From Chloroflexota bacterium (GTDB lineage: Bacteria > Chloroflexota > Dehalococcoidia > Lucifugimonadales > UBA3495): DNA of 64,000 bases. Positions within the stretch are counted from its first letter, which is position 1; every line of letters starts with the position of its first letter. Positions 7,409-17,718 of this stretch are shown here, piece by piece. The position numbers and the translations under genes are program-made. Location of the stretch: the NCBI GenBank assembly GCA_009837355.1, contig VXTR01000014.1, positions 10,560 through 74,559 on the forward strand, given 5' to 3'. The notes beneath the pieces are model-generated. The model saw nothing but the letters and a program-made list of their open reading frames with translations. It ran no database searches and was not told where the DNA came from.

Positions 7409-7636
7409 TCAGTTTCGGGAGGGCGGCGTAAAGTACCTTGCTTCGGCAGACCGGAACTTGCCTTGGCAAGCCAAGCTGCAAAATACACCGTCAGCCAACC
7501 TGCCGGTCCCGATGCCACCACCTACATCGCTTCCGCACTCCGGGCAGGTCCGAGATTGCAAGCATGCTTCTTTATACAATCGAAGGCACTCACGCAAAGT
7601 AGCCAGGTCTTCGGACGCATCCCAATCGAATCCCAT
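7409..7636 (-). CDS. small FCS/TRASH-like zinc-ribbon protein
   Basis: 75 aa. 'CPECG-x16-FCSLAC' matches a C-x2-C...F-C-S-x2-C pattern. The gene is tightly packed, 10 nt after the upstream stop and 7 nt before the DCD-like start, and shares the lower GC of the DCD-like gene. Confidence 0.5.
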   Translation of the reverse strand: MGFDWDASEDLATLRECLRLYKEACLQSRTCPECGSDVGGGIGTGRLADGVFCSLACQGKFRSAEARYFTPPSRN

Positions 7637-7645
7637 GGCGGTCGG

Positions 7646-8611
7646 CTACTCGGGGGTTACGAGGGATTCGGCTGCTTGGCCGTTGAGGACGCGGAGGATG
7701 TTGGCGTAGGCGAAGTGGGCGGCGCGCAGGGCAGTTTCCTGGCTTTGGCCGGCCATGTGGGGCGTGATGATGACGTTGTCCAGGTCGAACAGGGGGTTTT
7801 CGGCCGGCGTTGGTTCCACTTCGAGAACGTCGAGGCCGGCGCCGGCGATTTTGCCCTCGGTGAGGGCGCGGTAGAGGGCCGCCTCGTCCACCACCGGGCC
7901 GCGACAAAGGTTGATGAAGAAGGCCGTTGATTTCATCAGGTCGAACTCGCGGTCGGACATCATGCCGCGGGTGCGACGGGTCAACGGGACGTGGAGGCTT
8001 ACAATATCGGAGGTAGCCAGCAGTTCGTCGAAACCGACGGGTTCCGCCTTGACGGCCTGCTGCACGTCTTCCGGAATGTCCTCTATGTCGTAGTAGATGG
8101 TACGGGTGTCGAAGCCGGTGAGCCGCTTGGCGACCTGGCGGCCGATGCGTCCCATGCCGATGATGCCCACGGTCTTGTCGGTTACTTCGGAGAGGTCGGT
8201 CTGGTAGAGGTCGCCCCGCCACTGGCGCTGCCTGGTGGTGGTGTCCCACTGGGCCATCAGGTTCCGGCTGATGCCAATCATCAAGGCGAGGGTTTGCTCG
8301 GACACGGAGATGGCGTTGGCGCCGCCGTTGTTGGCCACGGGGATGCCCATTTCCAGGATGGTCTCCAAGTCCATACGGTCGTAGCCGGCGCTGAGGGTCT
8401 GAATCAGCTTGACGTTGGGGCATTCGCGGAGCACCTCGGTGGTAACTTCGCTGGAGATGATGGCGTCGGCGTCGCGGCAGAGCTGGATTTGTTCGGCGGC
8501 GGGCAAGGTCCGGTCCACGACCGTAACCTCCACGTTATCGGGAGCATTGTCCAGCATCACGTCGGCGCGCGCGCCGACGCCGGTGAAATAGGCGACTTTC
8601 CATGAGGGCAT
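7646..8611 (-). CDS. D-isomer-specific 2-hydroxyacid dehydrogenase (PGDH/GyaR-like)
   Basis: 'VGIIGMGRIGRQVAKRL' is a Rossmann motif, and 'SDIVSLHVPLT..TRGM' and 'GAGLDVLEVEP' also fit. I take the start at MPSWKV (8611), which has an AAGGAG RBS. The longer ORF start at 8662 lies inside the promoter. Confidence 0.8.
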   Translation of the reverse strand: MPSWKVAYFTGVGARADVMLDNAPDNVEVTVVDRTLPAAEQIQLCRDADAIISSEVTTEVLRECPNVKLIQTLSAGYDRMDLETILEMGIPVANNGGANAISVSEQTLALMIGISRNLMAQWDTTTRQRQWRGDLYQTDLSEVTDKTVGIIGMGRIGRQVAKRLTGFDTRTIYYDIEDIPEDVQQAVKAEPVGFDELLATSDIVSLHVPLTRRTRGMMSDREFDLMKSTAFFINLCRGPVVDEAALYRALTEGKIAGAGLDVLEVEPTPAENPLFDLDNVIITPHMAGQSQETALRAAHFAYANILRVLNGQAAESLVTPE

Positions 8612-8661
8612 TTTTGTTGACTCCTTTGGGCCCTGCCTGGGAATGGCGCGCTGCAAGGGCA

Positions 8662-8689
8662 ATTATAGACGAGGGGCCGGGAGTGTCAA
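8662..8689 (-). promoter_or_regulatory. near-consensus sigma70-type promoter
   Basis: On the minus strand, TTGACA (8689-8684), a 16-nt spacer, then TATAAT (8667-8662), about 50 nt upstream of ATG 8611. Confidence 0.55.
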
Positions 8690-8806
8690 AACCACCCGCC
8701 GGGTTGCGCAACGGATAACGTTAGCCGGCTGGCAGGCTGCCGTTCACGCTGTTATGATGATGGCGCTTTCAGCGTATTCAAATCGATCGAGGAACCGGCA
8801 ACTGAC

Positions 8807-9226
8807 ATGACCCAACCATCCGATACTGACGCGCCCGCCCTGACTCCCGGCCTCATCGGCCGGCAGGAGGTGCTGGTTAGTGAACACAACGTCGCGCACC
8901 ACGTCCAGAAAATCAGCACGCCGTCCATGATTCAGGCCATGGAGCAGGCTTCTCAACTGGCCGTGCTGGACCATCTGCCGCCCGAACAATCCACCGTTGG
9001 CTTTGAGGTCAACATTCGCCACGTGGCCGGGGCCGACATCGGCGCTACCGTAGTCGCTACGGCGGAGTTGGAGCGTGTCGATGGCCGCTGGCTGTACTTC
9101 AAGGTGGAAGCGATGGACGGCGACCGCACCATCGGCGTGGGGACGCATCGCCGGGCCATCATCACGCTGCCGCCCGGCGCGAACAGCCGCGGCGGCCCCA
9201 ACGACAGCCACACCCACGGGGCGTAG
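8807..9226 (+). CDS. hotdog-fold thioesterase (fluoroacetyl-CoA-thioesterase-like)
   Basis: 139 aa. 'STPSMIQAMEQAS' and 'TVGFEVNIRHVAGADIGATVVATAELERVDGRWLYFKVEA.DG' fit the thioesterase superfamily pattern. Confidence 0.65.
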   Translation: MTQPSDTDAPALTPGLIGRQEVLVSEHNVAHHVQKISTPSMIQAMEQASQLAVLDHLPPEQSTVGFEVNIRHVAGADIGATVVATAELERVDGRWLYFKVEAMDGDRTIGVGTHRRAIITLPPGANSRGGPNDSHTHGA

Positions 9227-9277
9227 CGATTTTAAAGGGCATCAATCAAAGGGGCATCACAAAAGGAGCATCAGGCA

Positions 9278-9985
9278 ATGGAACCCATCATCCACAACGT
9301 CAAGGACTTCCCGGCCGGCGCCGTTGCGCGTCTGATCAGCGCGGACGACAACCCGAACCTGGTTACGCTGGCCTACTCGGTGATTGAGCCGGGCGGGACC
9401 AGCTCGCACCACATCCACGAGTGGGAGCACGAGGTGTATATCATCGAGGGCAGCGGCACGCTGGTGGCCGACGGCAAGGAGTATCCGGTGAAGGCCGGGG
9501 ACGCCATGTTCATCCCGCCGATGGTGGACCACGTAACGCGCAACGACGGCGGGCAGGGCGACATTCACCGCATCGAAATCAACCCGTTGTCCGCCTCGGC
9601 CGGCAACGCCCGGCCCGGCGGTTCCGAGCCCGGGGCCGGCACGCCGCCGGTCATCCGCAACCACGCCGACCTGAACGCCGAGACCGGGCACACCATGCTG
9701 GGCGGTCGGGACGGCTGCCCCAACTACCTGATGCTGTACAACGGCTACATGCAGCCGGGCGCGGTGAGCCATCCGGAAACGGGCGGCCACAACCACACCT
9801 GGGACCACACCGTGTTCATCCTGGAAGGCACGGGCACGCTGACGGTATCCGGCAAGGATTACACGGTGACGGCCGGCGACGCCGTGCTGGTGCCGCCGAA
9901 TGAGCATCACCAGTGGAAGAACGAGACGGAGGCGCCGATGCTGCGGGTAACGTTCAACGACATCGTGTCCGAGGGGCACGGCTAA
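9278..9985 (+). CDS. bicupin protein (two cupin_2 domains)
   Basis: The first cupin is 'HHIHEWEHEVYIIEGSGTL..G..Y.VKAGDAMFIPP...H'. The second is 'HNHTWDHTVFILEGTGTL..G..YTVTAGDAVLVPPNEHH'. Confidence 0.7.
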   Translation: MEPIIHNVKDFPAGAVARLISADDNPNLVTLAYSVIEPGGTSSHHIHEWEHEVYIIEGSGTLVADGKEYPVKAGDAMFIPPMVDHVTRNDGGQGDIHRIEINPLSASAGNARPGGSEPGAGTPPVIRNHADLNAETGHTMLGGRDGCPNYLMLYNGYMQPGAVSHPETGGHNHTWDHTVFILEGTGTLTVSGKDYTVTAGDAVLVPPNEHHQWKNETEAPMLRVTFNDIVSEGHG

Positions 9986-9992
9986 CCCACTG

Positions 9993-11300
<1,308 letters not shown>

Positions 11301-11302
11301 CG

Positions 11303-12043
11303 ATGACCGTGCTGACCGACACCGGCATGGCGATCCTGGCGGAGCAGGCGAAACGGCTGGCCTTGCATCTGTCCGGCCAGCAGTTGGAGCAGTTCGCCGA
11401 GTACACCAGGATGCTGGCGGCCGGCAACCGTCGGGCCAATCTGACCGCCATCACCGAGCCGGCCGAAGTGCAGGTTCGCCACTACCTTGATTCGCTGACC
11501 GCCGTGCTGGCCCGGGCTGACTGGCCCGACGGAATTCGCGTGGTTGACATTGGCGCTGGGGCAGGATTTCCTGGCGTTCCGCTGAAAATCGCTTTCCCCA
11601 GCATCAAACTGACGCTGGCGGAATCCACCGGCAAGAAGACGGCGTTTCTGGGGGAACTGGTGGAAGGGCTGGGGCTTGACGACGTGGAGGTCCTCACCGT
11701 GCGGGCCGAGGAACTGGGCCGAACCGAGGGCTACCGAGGGCAGTTTGACGTGGCCCTGGCGAGGGGCGTGGCGACGCTGCCGGCGCTGATTGAGTACGGG
11801 CTGCCGCTGCTCAAGGGACATGGGCATCTGCTGGCCTGGAAGGGCAGCGACGGGCCGGCGGAGGTCAAAGCGTCGGCCAAGGCGCTGGCGGAACTGGGCG
11901 GTGAAATCGCCGGGCTGCATTCGGTCAAGGCGCTGTCGCCGCCGCTGCCGGCGGAGCGTTGGATAGTGTCGGTGGAGAAGGTGCGACGTACGCCCGGACG
12001 CTACCCCCGTCGGGTCGGCGTGCCGGCCAAGCAGCCGCTGTGA
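11303..12043 (+). CDS. rsmG: 16S rRNA (guanine527-N7)-methyltransferase
   Basis: 'NLTAITEP.EV..RHYLDS', 'VVDIGAGAGFPG.PLKI' and 'LAES..KK..FL' fit the GidB/RsmG pattern. Confidence 0.85.
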   Translation: MTVLTDTGMAILAEQAKRLALHLSGQQLEQFAEYTRMLAAGNRRANLTAITEPAEVQVRHYLDSLTAVLARADWPDGIRVVDIGAGAGFPGVPLKIAFPSIKLTLAESTGKKTAFLGELVEGLGLDDVEVLTVRAEELGRTEGYRGQFDVALARGVATLPALIEYGLPLLKGHGHLLAWKGSDGPAEVKASAKALAELGGEIAGLHSVKALSPPLPAERWIVSVEKVRRTPGRYPRRVGVPAKQPL

Positions 12044-12055
12044 GGAGGGAACGCG

Positions 12056-13183
12056 ATGCCGCGGGCCGCTTTCATCTACGACGACGCGATGAGCCAGCAC
12101 GTGCTGCGGGCCGACCATCCCATGCGTCCCGTCCGGCTGCGGCACACCTACGAGTTGCTGGAGGCTTACGGCGCGTTTGACGGCGGCGAATCGCTGCTGG
12201 TTACGCCGAGTCTGGCGGACGAGGCCAGCGTGGGCGCGTTTCACTCGCGGGATTACATTGCTGCCGTGCGCACGTTCAGCCTGGGGTTGACCGGTTTCCA
12301 GCCGCAGCGGTTCGGGTTCGCCCAGGGCGGTGACAACCCGACCTACCCGGGTATGTACGAGGCGGCGATGCTGAGCTCCGGAGCCACGCTGACCGCCGCG
12401 CGGATGGTGGCCGACGGCGAGGTTACGGCGGCATTCAACATCAGCGGCGGGCTGCATCACGCGGCGGCGCGCAACGCCAGCGGGTTCTGCGTGTTCAACG
12501 ATCCGGTAATCGCCATCAAGTACCTGCTGGGGCGCGGGCTGCGGGTGGCCTACGTGGACATCGACGCGCACCACGGCGACGGGGTGCAGGATGCCTTCTA
12601 CGACGAGCCGCGGGTGCTGACCATATCGGTCCACGAATCGGGGAGGTATCTGTTCCCAGGCACCGGGTTTGCCGGCGAAACGGGCAGCGGGGAGGGCGCC
12701 GGCTATGCGGTCAACCTGCCACTGTATCCCTACACGGACGACGAGACGTACCTGGACGCGTTTGAAGCCGTGGTGCCGCCGCTGTTGCAGGCGTTCAATC
12801 CCGACGTGCTGTTGACGCAGTTGGGCATTGACTCCTACCACACCGACCCGCTAACGCATTTGCAGGTTACGAGCCGGGGGTTCATCGCCGCGGTGGAACG
12901 GCTGGGCGGGCTGGGCTACCCGTGGCTGGCCACGGGCGGCGGCGGGTACGACATCGGCGCGGTGGCCCGCTGCTGGACGCTGGCCTACGGCGTGATGTGC
13001 GGCGCCGAGTGGCCCGACCGCATCCCGACACCGGCAGTAGAACGGCTGGGGCGCACTGCTCTAAGGGACACAGAGATTCCTGAGATACCGGAGCATATCC
13101 GAGCTGACGCGCGGGCGCTGGCGGCGGAGAGCGTCGCCGCAATCAAGGACGCGGTGTTTCCGGTTCACGGGTTGAGGGCGTAG
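12056..13183 (+). CDS. histone-deacetylase-family protein (AcuC/acetoin-utilisation type)
   Basis: 'GGLHHAAARNASGFCVFND', 'YVDIDAHHGDGVQDAFY' and 'VLTISVHE' are present. Confidence 0.85.
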   Translation: MPRAAFIYDDAMSQHVLRADHPMRPVRLRHTYELLEAYGAFDGGESLLVTPSLADEASVGAFHSRDYIAAVRTFSLGLTGFQPQRFGFAQGGDNPTYPGMYEAAMLSSGATLTAARMVADGEVTAAFNISGGLHHAAARNASGFCVFNDPVIAIKYLLGRGLRVAYVDIDAHHGDGVQDAFYDEPRVLTISVHESGRYLFPGTGFAGETGSGEGAGYAVNLPLYPYTDDETYLDAFEAVVPPLLQAFNPDVLLTQLGIDSYHTDPLTHLQVTSRGFIAAVERLGGLGYPWLATGGGGYDIGAVARCWTLAYGVMCGAEWPDRIPTPAVERLGRTALRDTEIPEIPEHIRADARALAAESVAAIKDAVFPVHGLRA

Positions 13184-14031
13184 CCCTGCCGTCCCGGCGG
13201 CACGCAACGCACCGCAGTGGTGATGAATCCGCTGTGTGCAACCATCCGGTGGGCCGGGCGAACGCTGCGTCGGGTTACGTTCCAGCCGCGCAGCATGGTT
13301 TCGGCGGTTTCGATGCGGGCGAACCGGCCGTCGTCCTGGAGGGCCAGGACCAGTTCGTGAACCTGGAGAACAGTGGGCAGAAAGGACAGCAGGATGCCGC
13401 CGGTGTGCAGAGCGTTGGCGGCGGCGTTGAGGGCGCGCCAAGGCTCGGGCAGGTCAAGTATCACCCGGTCAACGTCGGATTCTGCGATGCCCTCCGCAAT
13501 GTCGCCGACTTTGACCTCCCACCGCGAGGTATCGGGGATGACCGACTGGACGTTGGACTTCGCTTTGGCAACGACTTCGCCGTTGATTTCGTAGGAGCAG
13601 ACCCGTCCGGAGGGGCCGACGGCGCGCAGCAGTCCGGTGGTGAGCGCGCCGGAGCCGAGGCCGGCTTCCACCACGGTGGCGCCGGGGAATATGTCGGCCA
13701 TGGACACGATGTTGCCCAGGTCCTTGGCGTAGATTACCTGCGGGCCGCGAGGCATGAGGCGCACGTAATCGCCCAGGGTGGGCCGGATGCCCAGGAGAAC
13801 GTGGCCCCGGTTGGTGGTGTACCAGCCGCCGACGGGCTGTCCGATAACGTCATCCAAAGGGATGTATCCCAGGTGGCAGTGGAACTCCTGGCCGGCGGTG
13901 AGGGTCTGCAGGTAGGCCCGGCCCTTGCGGTCGAGGAACAGGGCCAGTTCGCCGGCCTCGAAAGGGCTCACGCTGGCCTCGTCCTGAGCCTCATTGTGGC
14001 CGATGGGGTTGCTGTCGTCGGTGTCGTGCAT
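13165..14031 (-). CDS. trmI: tRNA (adenine58-N1)-methyltransferase (TrmI/GCD14 family)
   Basis: 'IYAKDLG.I..ADIFPGATVVEAGLGSGALT', 'DRVILDLPEPW' and 'RP.HRMVAHSGF' are present. Confidence 0.8.
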   Translation of the reverse strand: MHDTDDSNPIGHNEAQDEASVSPFEAGELALFLDRKGRAYLQTLTAGQEFHCHLGYIPLDDVIGQPVGGWYTTNRGHVLLGIRPTLGDYVRLMPRGPQVIYAKDLGNIVSMADIFPGATVVEAGLGSGALTTGLLRAVGPSGRVCSYEINGEVVAKAKSNVQSVIPDTSRWEVKVGDIAEGIAESDVDRVILDLPEPWRALNAAANALHTGGILLSFLPTVLQVHELVLALQDDGRFARIETAETMLRGWNVTRRSVRPAHRMVAHSGFITTAVRCVPPGRQGYALNP

Positions 14032-14052
14032 TGCTGTATTATACCGGGCGTT

Positions 14053-14451
14053 ATGATGGAACGGTTATTCACGCTGGAAGAGGCCAATGGGCTGGTGCCG
14101 TGGTTGGAAGAACGGTTTGACGCAATGTCGCCGCTGCGGGCTGAGCTGGTGGAGCGTCAGGAAACGCTGCTGTCGCTGCTGCGTCGCCGGCGCAGCAACG
14201 GCCACTCCAGCAGCGAAGGGGAGATAGCGGCGGCTGAAGGCGAAGTAACCCGGCTGACCCGGCGCTTGCAGGACGCGGTAAAGGAGATAACCGACCGGGG
14301 CATCCAGGTACGGGATATCGGCCGGGGGTTGGTGGATTTCCCGTCCAACCGTGAGGGTGAAATCGTGTACCTGTGCTGGCAGCGGGGCGAGGCCCGGATT
14401 GACTGGTGGCATCCGACGAATACGGGGTTTGCCGACCGACGGCGGCTGTGA
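14053..14451 (+). CDS. DUF2203-family protein
   Basis: The real start is MMERLFTLEEAN at 14053, inside a longer shadow ORF. 'GLVDFP....GEIVYLCWQ.GE..I.WWH....GF..RR' is the typical family signature. Confidence 0.6.
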   Translation: MMERLFTLEEANGLVPWLEERFDAMSPLRAELVERQETLLSLLRRRRSNGHSSSEGEIAAAEGEVTRLTRRLQDAVKEITDRGIQVRDIGRGLVDFPSNREGEIVYLCWQRGEARIDWWHPTNTGFADRRRL

Positions 14452-14479
14452 TACGCCGGAAGCTGTCTGGAAGGGGACT

Positions 14480-15220
14480 TCAGCGGCCTCTAATCTCCGC
14501 CAGGGCGGCGCGGATTTCGTCGGCGTGGACGGCGTAGAAGGTGCCAACCACCGTGCCGCCGGCCTCCGCTGCGCGCGCCGCCGCCCGCACCATGCCGATT
14601 ACCTCGCCCTGCGTATTGAGCACCGGGCCGCCACTGTCGCCGGGGTCGATGGCGGCGTCCATCTCCAGGTTGCGCCCGTAGCTGTCGGGGCCGAAGTTGG
14701 TTATCTGGGAAAGGATGCCGGCGTTGGCCTTGGGCGACCCCACCGTCCCTTCGCGCTTGACGCCGCTGCCGGAGTAGCCCAGCGCCAGCAGCGGCTTGGC
14801 GATGTCGTCGATGCTGGCGTCGCCCAGAGACAGCGGATCTGCGAACGGCGCCAGCTGGGCCTGGTCCGTATCGTAGTGGAGCAGGGCTACGTCCCGCCGT
14901 TGGTCCACACCGACGACCGTCGCGTTGAGCACCGAAGCGGACGCCTGACGCACCAGCACTTGCTCGCGTCCCTCCACCACGTGGGCCGCCGTGACGATAT
15001 AGCCCGGCTCGAGCAGCCAGCCGGTGCCGTGCTGCCGGTTGGTGGGGTCGATGTAGAACACCGACGGACGGGTTTCATGGTACAGGCGGTTCAGGTCCGG
15101 CGCGGCGGAGGATGCCACTGCGGTTGCTACGGCCTGCTCAGCCCGTACTTCCAGTTGAGCGCCGGTGGGCGCGCAGGCGGCAATCGCCAGCGCTGCCACC
15201 GTCGCCAACGCCCGCATCAT
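14480..15220 (-). CDS. secreted/lipoprotein trypsin-like serine protease (S1 family, no PDZ)
   Basis: The signal with lipobox is 'ALAIAAC'. The catalytic triad context is 'TAAHVV', 'DVALL' and 'GDSGGPVL'. Confidence 0.7.
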   Translation of the reverse strand: MMRALATVAALAIAACAPTGAQLEVRAEQAVATAVASSAAPDLNRLYHETRPSVFYIDPTNRQHGTGWLLEPGYIVTAAHVVEGREQVLVRQASASVLNATVVGVDQRRDVALLHYDTDQAQLAPFADPLSLGDASIDDIAKPLLALGYSGSGVKREGTVGSPKANAGILSQITNFGPDSYGRNLEMDAAIDPGDSGGPVLNTQGEVIGMVRAAARAAEAGGTVVGTFYAVHADEIRAALAEIRGR

Positions 15221-15234
15221 GGGGACAGGGATCT

Positions 15235-16734
15235 TCAGATGAACCGGGCCTGGGCGCGGGCCTCATCGGCGTAGTCGATATAGACGGTGATGACCTCGCT
15301 GAAGAAGTCCACGGCCTCGACGCCCTGCTCGCGCTGGCCGACGCCGGAGGCTTTGAGGCCGCCGAAGGGCAGGTGAACCTCGCCGCCCAGGGTCGGGGCG
15401 TTGACGTGAACCATGCCGGCGTCCACGGTGTTGATGTAGCGGAATGCGCGGGGGATGTCGCGGGTGTACACCGAAGAGGACAGGCCGAACTTGACGCTGT
15501 TGGAAATCTCCACGGCGTGTTCCAAATCGCGGGCGCGGAACACGGTGAGCACCGGGCCGAAAATCTCCTCGCGAGCGATGCGCATATCGGGGGTTACGTC
15601 GGTGAAGATGGTGGGTTCCACGTACCAGCCTTCATCGTAGATGCCGCCGGCCAGGGTGCGGCCGCCGAAGGCCACCGTCGCGCCCTCGTCGCGGCCCACG
15701 GCGATGTAGTCGCTGACGGTGCGCTGCTGGGATTCGCTGGACAGGGGGCTGACGTCGATGCCGTCCTCGATGCCGTCGCCAATGGTTAGTTTGGAGGTGC
15801 GTTCAATCAGCTCGGCCATGAACTGGTCGTACACGCCGTCCTCGACGATGACGCGGCTGGTGGCGGTGCAGCGCTGTCCGGTGGAGCCGAAGGCGCCCTG
15901 CACGATGCCGCCCAGGGCTTTGTCCAGGTCGGCGTCGGCCAGCAGGATGACGGCGTTCTTGCCGCCCATTTCGGCCTGCACCTTTTTGAGCAGGGACGCG
16001 CCGCGGGTGTAGATCTCGGTGCACAAATAATAAATAAAAAAAAAAAAGATGCCGGCGACGTCCGGCGACTCCACCAGGGCGTTGCCGACGCTGCCGCCGG
16101 GGCCGGTAATCAGGTTGAGGACGCCGGGCGGCACGCCGGCTTCCTCAAACACCTCGGTGAGTTTGACGGCGCACAGGGGCGTGCTGGAGGCCGGCTTGAA
16201 GATGATGGCGTTGCCGCAAATCAGGGCCGGCGCCATCTTCCAGGCGGGTATGGCGATGGGGAAGTTCCACGGGGTGATGATGCCCACGACGCCCAGGGGC
16301 CGGCGCACGGTGTAGGCGACGGTGTTGGGCAGCTCGGACGGGGTAGTGTAGCCGAACATCCGGCGTCCCTCGCCGGCGGCGTACTCCATGATGTTCATGG
16401 CCCGCTTGACCTCGCCGCGGGCGTCGGGCAGGGGTTTGCCCTCCTCCTCGGTGATGGTGCGGGCGATTTCCTCGGCGCGGCGTTCCATTATCTCCAGCGC
16501 CTTGAACAGCACCTGGGCGCGGACGGGGGCCGGCGTGTCGGCCCAGCCGGGGGCAGCCTCGGCAGCGGCGGCCACAGCGCGCAGCGTGTCCTCCGGGTTG
16601 GACAGCTGGAAGTGTCCCAGGAGGCGGTCCTTATGGGCGGGGTTATAGACGGGGTAGGTGCGCCCGGAGTCGGAGGGCGTCCATTCCCCGTTGATGAAGT
16701 TGTGGTGAGTCTGCACGGCGTTGGTAGTAGTCAT
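15235..16734 (-). CDS. NAD(P)-dependent aldehyde dehydrogenase carrying an anomalous A/T-only patch in place of the F-T-G-S motif
   Basis: I take the start at MTTTNAV (16734). 'FINGEW', 'ITPWNFP', 'EMGGKNA', '[13 protein letters not shown]' and 'EEIFGPVL' are intact. The expected 'I-SFTGSxxxG' is replaced by '[10 protein letters not shown]'. Confidence 0.8.
   Translation of the reverse strand: MTTTNAVQTHHNFINGEWTPSDSGRTYPVYNPAHKDRLLGHFQLSNPEDTLRAVAAAAEAAPGWADTPAPVRAQVLFKALEIMERRAEEIARTITEEEGKPLPDARGEVKRAMNIMEYAAGEGRRMFGYTTPSELPNTVAYTVRRPLGVVGIITPWNFPIAIPAWKMAPALICGNAIIFKPASSTPLCAVKLTEVFEEAGVPPGVLNLITGPGGSVGNALVESPDVAGIFFFFIYYLCTEIYTRGASLLKKVQAEMGGKNAVILLADADLDKALGGIVQGAFGSTGQRCTATSRVIVEDGVYDQFMAELIERTSKLTIGDGIEDGIDVSPLSSESQQRTVSDYIAVGRDEGATVAFGGRTLAGGIYDEGWYVEPTIFTDVTPDMRIAREEIFGPVLTVFRARDLEHAVEISNSVKFGLSSSVYTRDIPRAFRYINTVDAGMVHVNAPTLGGEVHLPFGGLKASGVGQREQGVEAVDFFSEVITVYIDYADEARAQARFI
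16025..16047. other. 23-nt A/T-only tract including a 12-nt homopolymer (A12 on plus, T12 in the mRNA sense)
   Basis: aaataataaataaaaaaaaaaaa is read directly. It is flanked by coding sequence above 65% GC and is in frame. Confidence 0.95.
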
Positions 16735-16924
16735 GGCAGTTTGAGCGCTCCTGAAAGCGATAGCGTGCGTCCGCGTCGGGCGGAGTGTGAGTGCATGGCA
16801 GAATACTACCGGAGGGGGCGGCCGGCAAGCGGTCTGATTAGCTCGCGCCGGGCCGCTTGTGCCTGACGACGTAAACGCTAAACTGGTATCTTCCAGGTAA
16901 GCCTGTAGCTCAGAGAGACGATGA

Positions 16925-17635
16925 ATGCCACACCCCCTCGCAACCGCGCTCCGCCAGGCCCTGGCCGACAACGGAGACTCCGCCAAAGCCGAGGGCATGC
17001 GCCGGTACATGAAATCGGAGATGCCCTACCGCGGCGTTCAGACTCCCCTGCTGCGGCGAATATGCCGGGACCTATTGCTCAGCCACCCTATCGAGGAGAA
17101 GGACGTGTGGTACGGGGTTGTCCTGGACTTATGGAGAAGAGCCGAATACCGGGAGGAACGCTACGCGGCCCTGGAACTCGCCGGCGCCAAACCCCACGAG
17201 CCCTTCCGTACCCTCGATACACTGCCTCTCTGGGAAGAGCTAGTCGTCACAGGCGCTTGGTGGGACTATGTCGATGGCATAGCCTCTCACCGACTCCGCG
17301 AACTCCTGGAGAGATTCCCCTCTGAAATGGCCCGTGAAATGCGGCGCTGGAGTCGGGACGCGGATAAGTGGAAACGTCGCTCCGCCATCATCTGCCAGCT
17401 CAACCGCAAGGAGCAGACTGACGTCACCCTCCTGTTCGACTGCATCGACCCCAATCTCGCTGATCCCGACTTCTTCATCCGCAAAGGCATTGGGTGGGCC
17501 CTTCGCTCCCTGGCCTGGACCGACCTGGACACTGTCGAGTCCTACATAGCTCGCAACGAAGGCCGTGTCAGCCCGCTGAGCCGTCGAGAGGCCCTGAAGA
17601 ACGCCGAGAAGATTCGCAGTGGAAGAGGGCGGTAG
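16925..17635 (+). CDS. DNA alkylation repair protein (AlkD-like HEAT-repeat family)
   Basis: 'AEGMRRYMKSEMPYRGV', 'EERYAALEL', 'WWDYVD', 'WKRRSAII' and 'FIRKGIGWALR' are present. Confidence 0.75.
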   Translation: MPHPLATALRQALADNGDSAKAEGMRRYMKSEMPYRGVQTPLLRRICRDLLLSHPIEEKDVWYGVVLDLWRRAEYREERYAALELAGAKPHEPFRTLDTLPLWEELVVTGAWWDYVDGIASHRLRELLERFPSEMAREMRRWSRDADKWKRRSAIICQLNRKEQTDVTLLFDCIDPNLADPDFFIRKGIGWALRSLAWTDLDTVESYIARNEGRVSPLSRREALKNAEKIRSGRGR

Positions 17636-17718
17636 GGCCTGGCGGCCCAGATGCCAGCGGTTTTCCCGGAAGGGGTTTGCCCGCGTTGTTTTAGCGTCCG
17701 CATCAGTTAGATACGGTT

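Noticed and set aside
15235-17010. 591-aa extended ORF for the aldehyde dehydrogenase, and similar 5' extensions (7646..8662, 20277..20915, 21099.., 34217.., 43750.., 57560..59326)
   Set aside because: The family-typical N-termini, RBS positions, signal peptides or overlapping promoter boxes indicate internal start codons. The extensions are non-homologous leader sequence.
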